Positions 22,478 through 32,134 of a stretch of DNA of 64,000 nt are shown here, one piece after another. Source of the DNA: Nitrospirota bacterium (GTDB taxonomy: Bacteria > Nitrospirota > UBA9217); NCBI GenBank assembly GCA_963737155.1, contig CAVTRN010000002.1, positions 1,088,001-1,152,000 on the forward strand, written 5' to 3'. The translations under genes were made by a program, and so were the position numbers. The stretch's first letter is position 1; the number at the start of each line of letters is the position of its first letter. The notes under the pieces are model-generated. The model saw nothing but the letters and a program-made list of their open reading frames with translations, did not search any database and was not told the origin of the DNA.

Positions 22478-23895
22478 TGCAGAATATTCCGAGGCTGGTG
22501 CTTTCAGCCACCCGGGGAGGGCTCGGCAAGACAACGCTCTCAATCGGGATTGTCGCTGCTTGGAGAAAAGCCGGCAGACAGGTTGCGGTTTTTAAAAAAG
22601 GGCCTGATTTCATCGATGCGGGTTGGCTGGGCGTTGCAGCCGGAAAACCCTGCTACAATCTTGATCTTTTCATGATGGGGCAGGAGTGCATCAAAAAGTC
22701 ATTCCAGGAACATACAAAGGGTTCCGATGCCGCCATCATTGAAGGCAACAGGGGACTCTTTGATGGTGTTGATGAATCAGGGACTTACAGTACGGCACGG
22801 CTAGCCGGTTTGTTAAAAGCTCCGGTGGCGCTTATTGTCGACTGTACAAAAGCTACGAGTACCGTCGCAGCAACGGTATTAGGATGCAGACAGTATGATC
22901 CATCGGTCAATCTGGCGGGGGTCATCCTCAATAATGTATCGTCAACGCGTCACGAGAGTGTAATCAGAAAGGCTATCGCACAAAGCAGTGATCTCCCTGT
23001 AGTTGGTGCAGTCCCTCGGCAACGGGGGGATGCTTTTCCGGAACGGCACATGGGATTGACGCCGTTTCACGAACATCCTGAAATGCAGCAGGCAATATCT
23101 TCGTCAACGTCCCTTGTGGAAAGCTATCTTGATCTTGATGCGTTGTGGTCAATTGCCTGTGCGACGCCGGAGATCGAGTGTGCGCCGAGCGCATCAGCCG
23201 ATGACCCTGTCACGACACGAGGTGATCGGGTCGTGATTGGAGTGATCAGGGATCGAGCGTTTCAGTTTTATTACCCTGATAACCTGGAGGCACTGGAGAG
23301 CCAGGGGGCCACGCTCAGAGAAATAAACGCGCTTCACGACAGGGCACTGCCCGGTGATATCGATGCGCTCTATATTGGCGGCGGTTTTCCCGAAACTCAG
23401 GCCGCGGAGCTGGCGGGAAATGAAAGTTTTTGCGCATCAGTGCGGAATGCGGTGGAAACCGGCTTGCCTGTTTACGCTGAGTGTGGCGGACTCATTTATC
23501 TTGGTAGGAGTCTTATCGTCGGCAGTGAACGCTTTCCTATGACCGCAGTGCTGCCGGTTGATTTTGTGCTTGAAAAAAGTCCGCAGGCGCATGGTTATAC
23601 GATCCTGAAAACAAGCGACTCAAGCACGTTCCTTGAAAAAGGCATTGGCATTCGTGGTCATGAGTTCCACTATTCCAGGATTTACCATATTGACGGAAAT
23701 CCGTTAATGGCGTATCATGTTGCGAGGGGTTCCGGTATAAATGGTATGGGGGATGGCATCATCTATAAAAACGTATTAGCTTCCTATACTCATATCCATT
23801 CCTTGGCTACACCGCAATGGGCACCTGCCATGATACGCATTGCCCGTAAACGCCGCAATGCTCTAGTCGAACTAAGAGAACAGGGGATCTCGTGA
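22477..23895 (+). CDS. dsrN: Siroheme amidase (CbiA/CobB-like)
   Basis: GGLGKTT, KKGPDFID, EGNRGLFDG, PERHMGL, AECGG, HEFHYS; dsr context. Confidence 0.92.
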   Translation: MQNIPRLVLSATRGGLGKTTLSIGIVAAWRKAGRQVAVFKKGPDFIDAGWLGVAAGKPCYNLDLFMMGQECIKKSFQEHTKGSDAAIIEGNRGLFDGVDESGTYSTARLAGLLKAPVALIVDCTKATSTVAATVLGCRQYDPSVNLAGVILNNVSSTRHESVIRKAIAQSSDLPVVGAVPRQRGDAFPERHMGLTPFHEHPEMQQAISSSTSLVESYLDLDALWSIACATPEIECAPSASADDPVTTRGDRVVIGVIRDRAFQFYYPDNLEALESQGATLREINALHDRALPGDIDALYIGGGFPETQAAELAGNESFCASVRNAVETGLPVYAECGGLIYLGRSLIVGSERFPMTAVLPVDFVLEKSPQAHGYTILKTSDSSTFLEKGIGIRGHEFHYSRIYHIDGNPLMAYHVARGSGINGMGDGIIYKNVLASYTHIHSLATPQWAPAMIRIARKRRNALVELREQGIS

Positions 23896-24251
23896 ATCCA
23901 GGGACAAGGGGGAGTATTGAGCCAACCTGCCCTTTTTGCAGTAGTAAACTTGAACCTCCCAAAACCATGGTTCTCAATGTCATGGAAAGCGTTGAGGGGG
24001 GAACATGCAAGACCTGTGGCGCGTTCTACATCGCCGATCCGACGGGCAAGAACCTCGGAGAGGTGATGATGCAGGCGCTCGGGGTGGTGGCGGAAACGTT
24101 GTCAAAAGACATGGCTGACATGGTTCTCGGAGAGGATTACGAAGACGCGGTTTTGAATTATGATATCCGGACACATCGTTCCACAGGGATCAGCAGAGGT
24201 TTTAATGGCCAGGGACGGCTTTATATACTAAATGTAAAACGCAAATTATAA
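23892..24251 (+). CDS. Hypothetical protein with CxxC...CxxC (Zn-ribbon-like) in dsr operon
   Basis: CPFC and CKTC; overlaps dsrN stop by 4 nt. Confidence 0.8.
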   Translation: MNPGTRGSIEPTCPFCSSKLEPPKTMVLNVMESVEGGTCKTCGAFYIADPTGKNLGEVMMQALGVVAETLSKDMADMVLGEDYEDAVLNYDIRTHRSTGISRGFNGQGRLYILNVKRKL

Positions 24252-24364
24252 TGGCGGGCATTAAGGTTTGTTTTGAGCGGACCACGGGTGATGCAGGAAC
24301 CGGGAATTACAGTTGAGGGAGCTAATGAGGCGCCCGAACACAATTAACGAAAGGGGACAAAAAG

Positions 24365-24700
24365 ATGGGAACAATTTCGGTAGCGGGTAAAACGATCGAA
24401 GTGGATGAGGACGGCTTCCTGGCTAATCTGGACGACTGGAGTATGGATGTGGCCAAATACTTTGCGGAGGTTGAGGGAATCGAGATGTCCGACCAGCACT
24501 GGGAAGTAGTGAATTTCCTCCGTGACTACTACAAGCAGTATCAGATCGCGCCCATGATCAAGATTCTGGTGAAGGAGATCGGCAAGAAACTTGGGCCCGA
24601 AAAAGGCAATACCAAGTACCTTTATGAGCTTTATCCGGGCGGTCCGGCAAAGCAGGCTTGCAAAATCGCGGGTCTTCCGAAACCGACTGGCTGCGTATAG
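24365..24700 (+). CDS. dsrC: DsrC sulfur carrier
   Basis: DEDGFL..W, GPAKQACKIAGLPKPTGCV with both C-terminal Cys (CX10C). Confidence 0.98.
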   Translation: MGTISVAGKTIEVDEDGFLANLDDWSMDVAKYFAEVEGIEMSDQHWEVVNFLRDYYKQYQIAPMIKILVKEIGKKLGPEKGNTKYLYELYPGGPAKQACKIAGLPKPTGCV

Positions 24701-24863
24701 TAACTAGAAATTTCCCGAATTAATTCGGTTGTGAGCGCCTCTAACTTTTAAAGTGGCGGCCTGACCTGAGGAAAAAGTATCGGCCGACTTTACCTGATAT
24801 GCGGCAAGTGTCAGGGTGTGCGACAACGGTCGGGTACACAAAATTCAGGAGGAAGTGACCGTT

Positions 24864-25049
24864 ATGTACATGGTTGCAGTTGACAAAAAAAAGTGCGACG
24901 GTTGTGGCACCTGCGTAAATGTTTGTCCTCAATCCGTTTTCAAAATGGAGGGAGACAAGTCTGAACCGGTGAACATGTCCGAATGCATTAATTGCCTTAC
25001 CTGCGTTGAGAATTGCCCGCAGCAGGCGATTACGGTTACTGAGATATAA
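24864..25049 (+). CDS. 2x[4Fe-4S] ferredoxin (copy A)
   Basis: CDGCGTCVNVCP and CINCLTCVENCP; SD AGGAGG. Confidence 0.95.
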   Translation: MYMVAVDKKKCDGCGTCVNVCPQSVFKMEGDKSEPVNMSECINCLTCVENCPQQAITVTEI

Positions 25050-25073
25050 TGCGGTAACATTGAGTCATACCGA

Positions 25074-25108
25074 AAGGGGATAGTTGAAAAATTATCCCCT
25101 GTTTTTTT
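25074..25108 (+). terminator. Intrinsic terminator after ferredoxin A
   Basis: AGGGGATAGT-tgaaa-AATTATCCCCT then T7. Confidence 0.7.
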
Positions 25109-25135
25109 ATATCGAACTTGCTCTCGGGAGGTGAG

Positions 25136-25438
25136 ATGATGAAGCTAGCGGTTTTTTTAAGCGATTGGAGAAGGACGGAGAACAGTTTTGAGAGAATGAA
25201 AGCCGACAAGCTCGGCGTTATTCTCGTCGGCAACGGAATCTATCATGCTGTGGTGAAGGAAGGCGGGAAGGAATCCCCCGTGCTTTCGAAGGCGGGCGCG
25301 AACTTCTACGTTCTGTCTGACGATCTGGAAACGAGAGGATATACGGCGGCGAATGTGAATTCAAAGGTGAAAATCATCGGATATGGCGATATCGTCGATC
25401 TGATCATGAATGATTACGAAAAAACGGCGTGGTTGTAG
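25136..25438 (+). CDS. dsrH: DsrH/TusB-like protein
   Basis: ILVGNGIYHA, FYVLSDDLETRG, IGYGDIVDLI...W pattern of TusB/DsrH. Confidence 0.8.
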   Translation: MMKLAVFLSDWRRTENSFERMKADKLGVILVGNGIYHAVVKEGGKESPVLSKAGANFYVLSDDLETRGYTAANVNSKVKIIGYGDIVDLIMNDYEKTAWL

Positions 25439-25555
25439 AAATCCGAAAGCGGGGCGCGCTATGGCGGAGGGGGGATTGCAAATGGACGTTATCCTATCCA
25501 CTGCAGGACAGAGGCACCCTGTATCAAATACGACAATTTTATAAGGAGGAGAACT

Positions 25556-25915
25556 ATGGGAGAACTGACAATTGGATCGTTCCCTTCCCTGGTCGGCTCG
25601 ATGTCACTGGATTTTACCTTTAAACTTGCCGAGGCGGCAATCGGCAAAGGGCACAAGGTAAATTTGTGGCTGTCCGGCAACGCGGTGATGATGGCCAAAA
25701 AGGGACAGAAGGCTTTCAAAGATTATTCGCACATGGAAAAACGCATGAAGGAACTTATCGCCAAGGGAATGGAGATTACCGTGTGTGAGGCCTGCGCGGA
25801 AGCGCGAGGTTACCATAAGGAAGACACTCCCGAGGGCATGAAACGCGCCAGTATGGACTGGTATTTGGCGAAGACCGTGAAGACCGACAAGCTGCTTCAT
25901 ATCGGAGGTGAGTAA
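25556..25915 (+). CDS. dsrE: DsrE/TusD-like sulfurtransferase
   Basis: KLAEAAIGKGHKV.LWLSGNAV, VCEACAEARG. Confidence 0.8.
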   Translation: MGELTIGSFPSLVGSMSLDFTFKLAEAAIGKGHKVNLWLSGNAVMMAKKGQKAFKDYSHMEKRMKELIAKGMEITVCEACAEARGYHKEDTPEGMKRASMDWYLAKTVKTDKLLHIGGE

Positions 25916-26329
25916 ATGGGCGCCGTAAAAATATTGTTTGTAGTGCAAAGACCGCCGTACAAGAGCGAGAACCCCCGCCTTGCGCTCACCCATGCTATTT
26001 CAAGCCAGACGGCAGAGATTTATATGGATGACGGGGATTCCGTGGTGCCTACCCTTGTGTTCGTTGGCGACGGAGTGTTGAACGCCGTGAAGAACCAGCA
26101 GGCCATGAAGCTCTACGGTGTGACGAGCACCGAAAGTCATATCAAGAATAGCTTGCTTGTTGACGTGCCCGTCTGGGTATGCAAGGAAGATATGGAACAT
26201 TTCGGCCTGAAGGAAGACCAGATGATCACCGATGCTGAAGAGCTCGGCGGGGAGCTGAAGACGAAATTCGTCAGTTTCGCAGAGATTCAAAAAGAGATGG
26301 AATCGGTCAAACATCTTCTCTTCTTCTAA
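25916..26329 (+). CDS. dsrF: DsrF/TusC-like protein
   Basis: ILFVVQRPPY, FVGDGVL..VKNQ, VWVCKEDMEHFGL. Confidence 0.75.
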   Translation: MGAVKILFVVQRPPYKSENPRLALTHAISSQTAEIYMDDGDSVVPTLVFVGDGVLNAVKNQQAMKLYGVTSTESHIKNSLLVDVPVWVCKEDMEHFGLKEDQMITDAEELGGELKTKFVSFAEIQKEMESVKHLLFF

Positions 26330-26389
26330 TGTTACGTACCCTGCAGCAATTGCTGCAGGGATGTTTGCTATCAGTTCATCAAAGAAAAA

Positions 26390-26905
26390 ATGAAGCTTAA
26401 AGAGCATTTAACGGAAAAGAAAACCGACATTCTGCGAAAATGGTTTGATGCCGTTGTGGAGACCTATCCGAACGAGACGTCCACCTTTTTAAAAAAGCAG
26501 AAAGCCCAGTTTACGAATCCCGTCGGTTATACGCTTTCGGAAGGGCTCGAACATCTTTTCGACGCACTGCTGCGGGGAATGCTTCCTGACACCGTATCAC
26601 GGTTTCTCGACAGCATTATAAGAATCCGCGCCATCCAGGCATTCACCCCTTCCGAGGCCGTTTTATTCATTTTCCAGCTCAAGAAGCTGGTCCGTCAGGA
26701 ACTCGGGACTGAGATCCTGCACCAGCAGGGGATTGTCGAGGAACTGGCGGCCTTTGATTCAGCGACCGATGATCTGGCTCTCTATGCGTTCGATCTTTAC
26801 ATGAAATGCAGGGAAAAAATTTACGATATCAAGGCAAACGAAGCTAGAAACATGACCTTCAGGCTATTGCAGCAGGCGCGTCTTATCGTTGACAACCAGG
26901 ACTGA
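26390..26905 (+). CDS. dsrT: DsrT (RsbRD N-terminal domain protein)
   Basis: W..V.ETYP, FTNPVG, IRIRAIQAFTPSEAV, AFDLYMKCREKIY; directly before dsrM. Confidence 0.92.
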   Translation: MKLKEHLTEKKTDILRKWFDAVVETYPNETSTFLKKQKAQFTNPVGYTLSEGLEHLFDALLRGMLPDTVSRFLDSIIRIRAIQAFTPSEAVLFIFQLKKLVRQELGTEILHQQGIVEELAAFDSATDDLALYAFDLYMKCREKIYDIKANEARNMTFRLLQQARLIVDNQD

Positions 26906-26958
26906 GGCCGGTGAAGACCGTTCCGAGCTGTTAACCTAAAACGAAAAGAGGTAACGAA

Positions 26959-27951
26959 ATGAAAGCCTTATCTGCATTCATCGTAGTACTGTTCCTTGTA
27001 CTAGTTGCCTATATGGGGGTGGAGACGGCAAATGCGCACTTTCTCTTTGGCGTTGTTTTCCCCTACGCGGCTGTTGCCCTCTTCATCGGGGGCATGATCT
27101 TCCGAATCCTCAAATGGGGCAGCGCGCCGGTCCCTTTCCGCATTCCGACGACTTGCGGGCAGCAGAAGTCGTTCTCATGGATCAAACACAGTAAGCTTGA
27201 AAATCCTTCGGGAACAATCGGGGTGATGGGCAGGATGGCTCTCGAAGTCCTGTTTTTCCGTTCGCTTTTCAGAAACCTCAAAACACAAATGCAGGACGGT
27301 GGAAAACTGACGTATGGAGAGGCCAAATGGCTCTGGGCCGCCGGTCTGGCATTTCACTGGTCTTTTCTCATCGTACTTATCAGGCATTTACGGTTCTTTA
27401 CCCAGCAGGTACCGGCGGCAGTGCAGATGGTCGCGGAGCTCGACAGCTTCCTCCAGATTGGAGTGCCGCTTCTATACATGACCGATGCCGTACTCCTTGC
27501 TGCCGTAACCTATCTCTTTATTAGAAGAATCAGCTTGCCCCAGGTTCGTTATATCTCCCTCATGAATGATTATTTTCCTCTGTTCCTGATCTTTGGGATT
27601 GCGCTTTCCGGTGTGCTCATGCGGTACTTTTTTAAAACAAACATCGTGAGCGTAAAGATGCTTGCCATGAGCCTCGTCAGCTTCAAACCGGAAGTTCCCC
27701 AGGGGATAGACGCGATCTTCTACATTCACCTGTTTCTCTTGTGCACGTTGTTTGCTTATTTCCCGTTTAGCAAACTTGTGCATATGGCCGGCGTATTCAT
27801 GAGCCCCACCCGTGTGCTGGCTAATACCAGCCGTGTGAAGCGGCATATTAACCCCTGGAATTACCCCGTCCATGTTCATACCTATGAAGAATACGAAAAC
27901 GACTTCAGGGCAAAGATGAAAGATGCCGGCCTGCCGGTAGAAAAGGAGTAA
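26959..27951 (+). CDS. dsrM: DsrM membrane b-type cytochrome
   Basis: PVPFRIPTTCGQ, EVLFFRSLFRN, FHW..HLR, YFPFSKLVHMAG. Confidence 0.97.
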   Translation: MKALSAFIVVLFLVLVAYMGVETANAHFLFGVVFPYAAVALFIGGMIFRILKWGSAPVPFRIPTTCGQQKSFSWIKHSKLENPSGTIGVMGRMALEVLFFRSLFRNLKTQMQDGGKLTYGEAKWLWAAGLAFHWSFLIVLIRHLRFFTQQVPAAVQMVAELDSFLQIGVPLLYMTDAVLLAAVTYLFIRRISLPQVRYISLMNDYFPLFLIFGIALSGVLMRYFFKTNIVSVKMLAMSLVSFKPEVPQGIDAIFYIHLFLLCTLFAYFPFSKLVHMAGVFMSPTRVLANTSRVKRHINPWNYPVHVHTYEEYENDFRAKMKDAGLPVEKE

Positions 27952-27953
27952 TC

Positions 27954-29573
27954 ATGGCGAAACTTCCGAAACCAGAAGAATTAGCGAAAGTTGATTACAC
28001 GCTGCCGAAGACGGGCTGGATGGAAACGCCTGTCGTGTTTAAAGAGGGCATGTTCTGCCATGGGTCGAAGCCGAAAAGCCTCGAGATTGTCGGGTTCCCG
28101 AACCCGCGTGATTGGCGGCCAGCGGATGCGGACTGGAAGCTGCCTGAGAACTGGAAGGAAATCCTGATTAAGGGTATTGCGGACCGACTGAAAAAATACC
28201 GGTCCTTCCAGCTCTTCATGGACATCTGTGTACGCTGTGGCGCCTGTGCTGACAAGTGTCACTTCTTCATCGGTACCGGAGACCCGAAGAACATGCCGGT
28301 TCTCAGGGCCGAGCTTATCCGCTCGGTTTACCGTCAGGAATTCACGCTTGCCGGAAAAATTCTTGGTAAGATGGCAGGAGGGCGAGAACTGACGCTCGAC
28401 GTACTGAAGGAATGGTGGTACTACTTCTATCAGTGTACGGAATGTCGCCGCTGCTCGGTATTCTGTCCCTACGGCATCGACCAGGCCGAGATTACAATCA
28501 TTGGCCGGGAACTCCTCAATGAACTCGGCCTCAACATCGAGTGGATCGCCGGTCCCGTATCGAACTGCTATATGAAAGGTAATCATCTCGGTCTCGAACC
28601 GCACACGATTATCGGAAACCTGGAATATATGCTGGACGACATTGAGACTGTGACCGGGAAAAAGATCAAACCTACATTTAACAGAAAAGGCGCGGAGATT
28701 CTCTTTGTTACTCCGTCCGGCGATCTTTTCGCGGACCCGGGTACATACACTTGTATGGGTTACCTAATGCTGTTTGAGGAGCTCGGCCTTGATTATACTT
28801 GGAGCACCTACGCGTCAGAAGGCGGAAATTTCGGCTTCTTTACCACGAACGAGATGGCGAAGCGGCTCAATTCCAAAATATATGCCGAAGCCAAGCGTCT
28901 CGGCGTGAAGTGGATCTTAGGAGGAGAGTGCGGTCACATGTGGCGGGTGCTCTCACAATATATGGACACCTGGAACGGTCCGGCTGATTTTCTCGAAGTG
29001 CCGAAATCGCCGATCACTGGCACGGTCTTCGAACAGGCGAAGTCAATGAAGATGGTCCATGTTGCCGAGTTCACCGCCGACCTGATACGAAACAACAAGC
29101 TTAAACTCGATCCGAAGCGGAATGACCACCTCAAGGTTACGTGGCACGATTCCTGTAATACCGCGCGCGGTATGGGCCTGCTTGAAGAACCACGATACGT
29201 GCTCAAAAATGTGGTGAATCACTTCTACGAAATGCCGGAGGATACGATCCGCGAAAAGACTTTTTGTTGCGGCAGCGGCACAGGACTGAATGCGTCGGAA
29301 GACATGGATCTCCGCATGAAGGGCGGGTTCCCCCGCGCAAACGCCGTCAAGTTCGTGCAGGAGCATCACGGAGTTAACATGCTTGCCAATGTGTGCGCCA
29401 TTGACCGAGCGACGCTCAAGGCCCTCATGGATTACTGGGTGCCGAGCGTGGGGGTCTGTGGACTCCACGAATTGGTGGCGAACGCTCTCGTTATGACGGG
29501 CGAAAAGGAGAGGACGACCGACCTGCGCGGCGAACCCCTTCCATTAGCTGAAGTGAAGGAGGGAAAAGCCTAA
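27954..29573 (+). CDS. dsrK: DsrK Fe-S subunit (HdrD-like)
   Basis: CVRCGACADKC, CTECRRCSVFCP, GECGH, HDSCN, FCCGSG. Confidence 0.98.
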   Translation: MAKLPKPEELAKVDYTLPKTGWMETPVVFKEGMFCHGSKPKSLEIVGFPNPRDWRPADADWKLPENWKEILIKGIADRLKKYRSFQLFMDICVRCGACADKCHFFIGTGDPKNMPVLRAELIRSVYRQEFTLAGKILGKMAGGRELTLDVLKEWWYYFYQCTECRRCSVFCPYGIDQAEITIIGRELLNELGLNIEWIAGPVSNCYMKGNHLGLEPHTIIGNLEYMLDDIETVTGKKIKPTFNRKGAEILFVTPSGDLFADPGTYTCMGYLMLFEELGLDYTWSTYASEGGNFGFFTTNEMAKRLNSKIYAEAKRLGVKWILGGECGHMWRVLSQYMDTWNGPADFLEVPKSPITGTVFEQAKSMKMVHVAEFTADLIRNNKLKLDPKRNDHLKVTWHDSCNTARGMGLLEEPRYVLKNVVNHFYEMPEDTIREKTFCCGSGTGLNASEDMDLRMKGGFPRANAVKFVQEHHGVNMLANVCAIDRATLKALMDYWVPSVGVCGLHELVANALVMTGEKERTTDLRGEPLPLAEVKEGKA

Positions 29574-30001
29574 TGAAACTCTATGACGGAGGTAAAATAC
29601 TCATCGGGCTGGCGGTTTTCCTGGCGTTTGCCCTGTTCCCGTTCTACTACAATATAGGTAAAGTGAACGCCAAACCTGATCCGAAAACGGATACACCGGA
29701 AATCCAGGAGTGGGTAAAAGTTAACGGTAAAAAGGAATGCGTCGAATCGAAGGAGTTCATGCAAAGAGAGCACATGCAGCTTCTGAACAACTGGAGAGAC
29801 GCGGTTGTCCGCAATATGTACCGTGTCTATGTCAGCTCTTCAAGTGGCAAACAGTTCAATATGAGCCTCCAGAATGGGTGTTTGCATTGTCATTCGAACA
29901 AGAAACAGTTCTGCGACCAATGCCACAACTACCTGGCGGTCAATCCGTACTGCTTTGATTGTCATATCCAGCCGATGGAAAAGGAGGAGAACAAATCATG
30001 A
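29573..30001 (+). CDS. dsrJ: DsrJ triheme cytochrome c
   Basis: CVE...M..EHMQLL..WRD plus CLHCH, CDQCH, CFDCH. Confidence 0.96.
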   Translation: MKLYDGGKILIGLAVFLAFALFPFYYNIGKVNAKPDPKTDTPEIQEWVKVNGKKECVESKEFMQREHMQLLNNWRDAVVRNMYRVYVSSSSGKQFNMSLQNGCLHCHSNKKQFCDQCHNYLAVNPYCFDCHIQPMEKEENKS

Positions 30002-30828
30002 GCCTGGACAGGAGACAATTTTTGAAGATTGCCGGTATCTCCTCCATTCTGGGGTTCGGCGCCTCGGTCGCGTCTGCAACGCATACGATCTGGGAAAAAG
30101 GTCTAGAGCCACCGCAAATTGAACCGAACAAAGATGCTTTGATTGCAACCCGGTGGGCTATGGTTGTTGATATGAGCAAGTTCAAGACCGATGAGGACAT
30201 CAAGAAGGTTACCAGCGCATGCCATCAGACACATAATGTCCCAGATTTCCGCAATCCTGACGGAACTGTGGACGAAAAATTCGAAATTAAGTGGATTTGG
30301 AAAGAACCTTACGACCGCACTTTCCCGGGCGCGGAAAACAAATTCATGAATGAACGTATAAAGGAAATGCCCTTTATCGTGCTCTGCAACCACTGCGACA
30401 ATCCGCCGTGCGTGCGGGTCTGCCCGACCAAGGCGACATTCAAGTTAACGAACGGAATCACCATGCAGGATGAGCACCGTTGTATCGGGTGCCGTTTCTG
30501 CATGGCCGCCTGCCCTTATGGATCGCGTAGCTTTAACTGGACCGATCCGCGCAAAGCGCTCAATCCGGCAACGGAAAACAAGGCATATCCCACAAGGACC
30601 AAGGGCGTAGTGGAGAAATGCACCTTCTGCTCTGAGCGACTTCAGTTTGGTAAAATTCCGGCCTGTGTAGAGGCTGCTCCTCAAGGCGCCATGTTTTTCG
30701 GGGATATAGAAGACCCCAATTCCGATGTCAGAAAAATCGTAACGACCCAACTTACTACCCGGCGCAAGCCGGATCTGGGGACCGGACCGGCAGTCTATTA
30801 TCTGATAGGAGGGAGCGACCATGCTTGA
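29998..30828 (+). CDS. dsrO: DsrO periplasmic Fe-S protein
   Basis: Tat signal DRRQFLK; CNHCDNPPCVRVCP, CIGCRFCMAACP, KCTFC. Confidence 0.96.
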   Translation: MSLDRRQFLKIAGISSILGFGASVASATHTIWEKGLEPPQIEPNKDALIATRWAMVVDMSKFKTDEDIKKVTSACHQTHNVPDFRNPDGTVDEKFEIKWIWKEPYDRTFPGAENKFMNERIKEMPFIVLCNHCDNPPCVRVCPTKATFKLTNGITMQDEHRCIGCRFCMAACPYGSRSFNWTDPRKALNPATENKAYPTRTKGVVEKCTFCSERLQFGKIPACVEAAPQGAMFFGDIEDPNSDVRKIVTTQLTTRRKPDLGTGPAVYYLIGGSDHA

Positions 30829-31993
30829 AAAGGCATTTGAGGGAGGAAAATCATACTGGGCATGGCTGATGTTTCTCGGCGCCCTTGCCCTGATCGGCGT
30901 TTACTATTATATTCAGCAGTTCCAATATGGGTTGGGTATCACCGGGATGAGCAGGGATGTCTCCTGGGGTCTGTATATAGGCCAGTTCACGTTCCTGGTC
31001 GGCGTCGCAGCTTCGGCTGTCATGCTGGTGATTCCCTACTATCTTCACGACTTTAAAAAGTTCGGGAAGATCGTGATTCTGGGAGAGTTTCTGGCCATCT
31101 CCGCGGTCATCATGTGCATTCTTTTCATCTTCGTGGATATGGGCCAGCCCATGAGAATCATGAACGTGGTATTGCATCCAACACCGAATTCGGTCATGTT
31201 CTGGGATTCCGTGGTGCTTTGCGGATATCTGTGCATCAATCTGCTGGTCGGATGGGTGACGCTCAGCGCGGACCGCAAAGGCATTGCACCGCCGAAGTGG
31301 ATCAAGTTCTTTATTTACCTTTCGATCCCCTGGGCGGTCAGTATCCATACTGTGACGGCGTTCCTTTATTCCGGTCTACCGGCGCGCGAGTTCTGGTTGA
31401 GTGCCGTCATGGCGGCGCGGTTCTTGGCATCGGCGTTCGCCGCCGGTCCGGCGCTGCTTATTGTTCTGGCGCTTATCGTGAGGAAGGTGTCCACATTTGA
31501 TCCAGGCAAAGAGCCTATCCAGGCGGTCGGCAAGATCGTAACGTATGCCATGTTCGCCAACGTATTTCTTCTGGGACTTGAGTTCTTTACGGCGTTCTAC
31601 AGCGGAATTCCCGGCCATTCGCTGCCCTTCAAGTACCTGTATGTCGGTCTTCAAGGCCATTCCGAGCTGGTTCCGCTCATGTGGACGTCGACGATTCTTG
31701 CAGTCCTGTCGCTGGTCTTGCTGGTATTCCCGCAACTGCGGAAGAAAGAAGGCCTGCTGGCATTTGCTTGTGTTTCACTTTTTATTTCACTCTGGATCGA
31801 TAAGGGTTTCGGCCTGATCATCGGCGGTTTTGAGCCGAATCCTTTCGAATATGTGCGTCCTTACTGGCCGACGATGCCGGAAGCGTTGATAACCCTCGGC
31901 GTCTGGGCCATCGGCATCCTTGTCCTGTCCATGCTGTATAAAATCGCTGTTTCCGTGCGAGAACGCATGGCTGGAATCGAGATTGAACATTAA
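30821..31993 (+). CDS. dsrP: DsrP membrane subunit (NrfD/PsrC family)
   Basis: GMSRDVSWGLYI.QFTFLVGVAAS, SIPWAVSIHTVTAF; multiple TM helices. Confidence 0.96.
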   Translation: MLEKAFEGGKSYWAWLMFLGALALIGVYYYIQQFQYGLGITGMSRDVSWGLYIGQFTFLVGVAASAVMLVIPYYLHDFKKFGKIVILGEFLAISAVIMCILFIFVDMGQPMRIMNVVLHPTPNSVMFWDSVVLCGYLCINLLVGWVTLSADRKGIAPPKWIKFFIYLSIPWAVSIHTVTAFLYSGLPAREFWLSAVMAARFLASAFAAGPALLIVLALIVRKVSTFDPGKEPIQAVGKIVTYAMFANVFLLGLEFFTAFYSGIPGHSLPFKYLYVGLQGHSELVPLMWTSTILAVLSLVLLVFPQLRKKEGLLAFACVSLFISLWIDKGFGLIIGGFEPNPFEYVRPYWPTMPEALITLGVWAIGILVLSMLYKIAVSVRERMAGIEIEH

Positions 31994-32016
31994 AAAAAGG
32001 TTGCCTATCATAGTGC

Positions 32017-32047
32017 AAGGGCCCCCCTTCGGGAGGGCCTTTTTTTT
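32017..32047 (+). terminator. Intrinsic terminator after dsrP
   Basis: AGGGCCCCCC-TTCG-GGAGGGCCT then T-run. Confidence 0.85.
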
Positions 32048-32058
32048 ACATTTCTTTC

Positions 32059-32087
32059 TTGATTTTATTCTTTCCGACGGGTAATAT
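32059..32087 (+). promoter_or_regulatory. sigma70-type promoter of ferredoxin B
   Basis: TTGATT-N17-TAATAT. Confidence 0.55.
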
Positions 32088-32134
32088 TACTTGCTTTTTG
32101 GAATTTTACTTTACTGAAGGAGGGTACAGACCCC

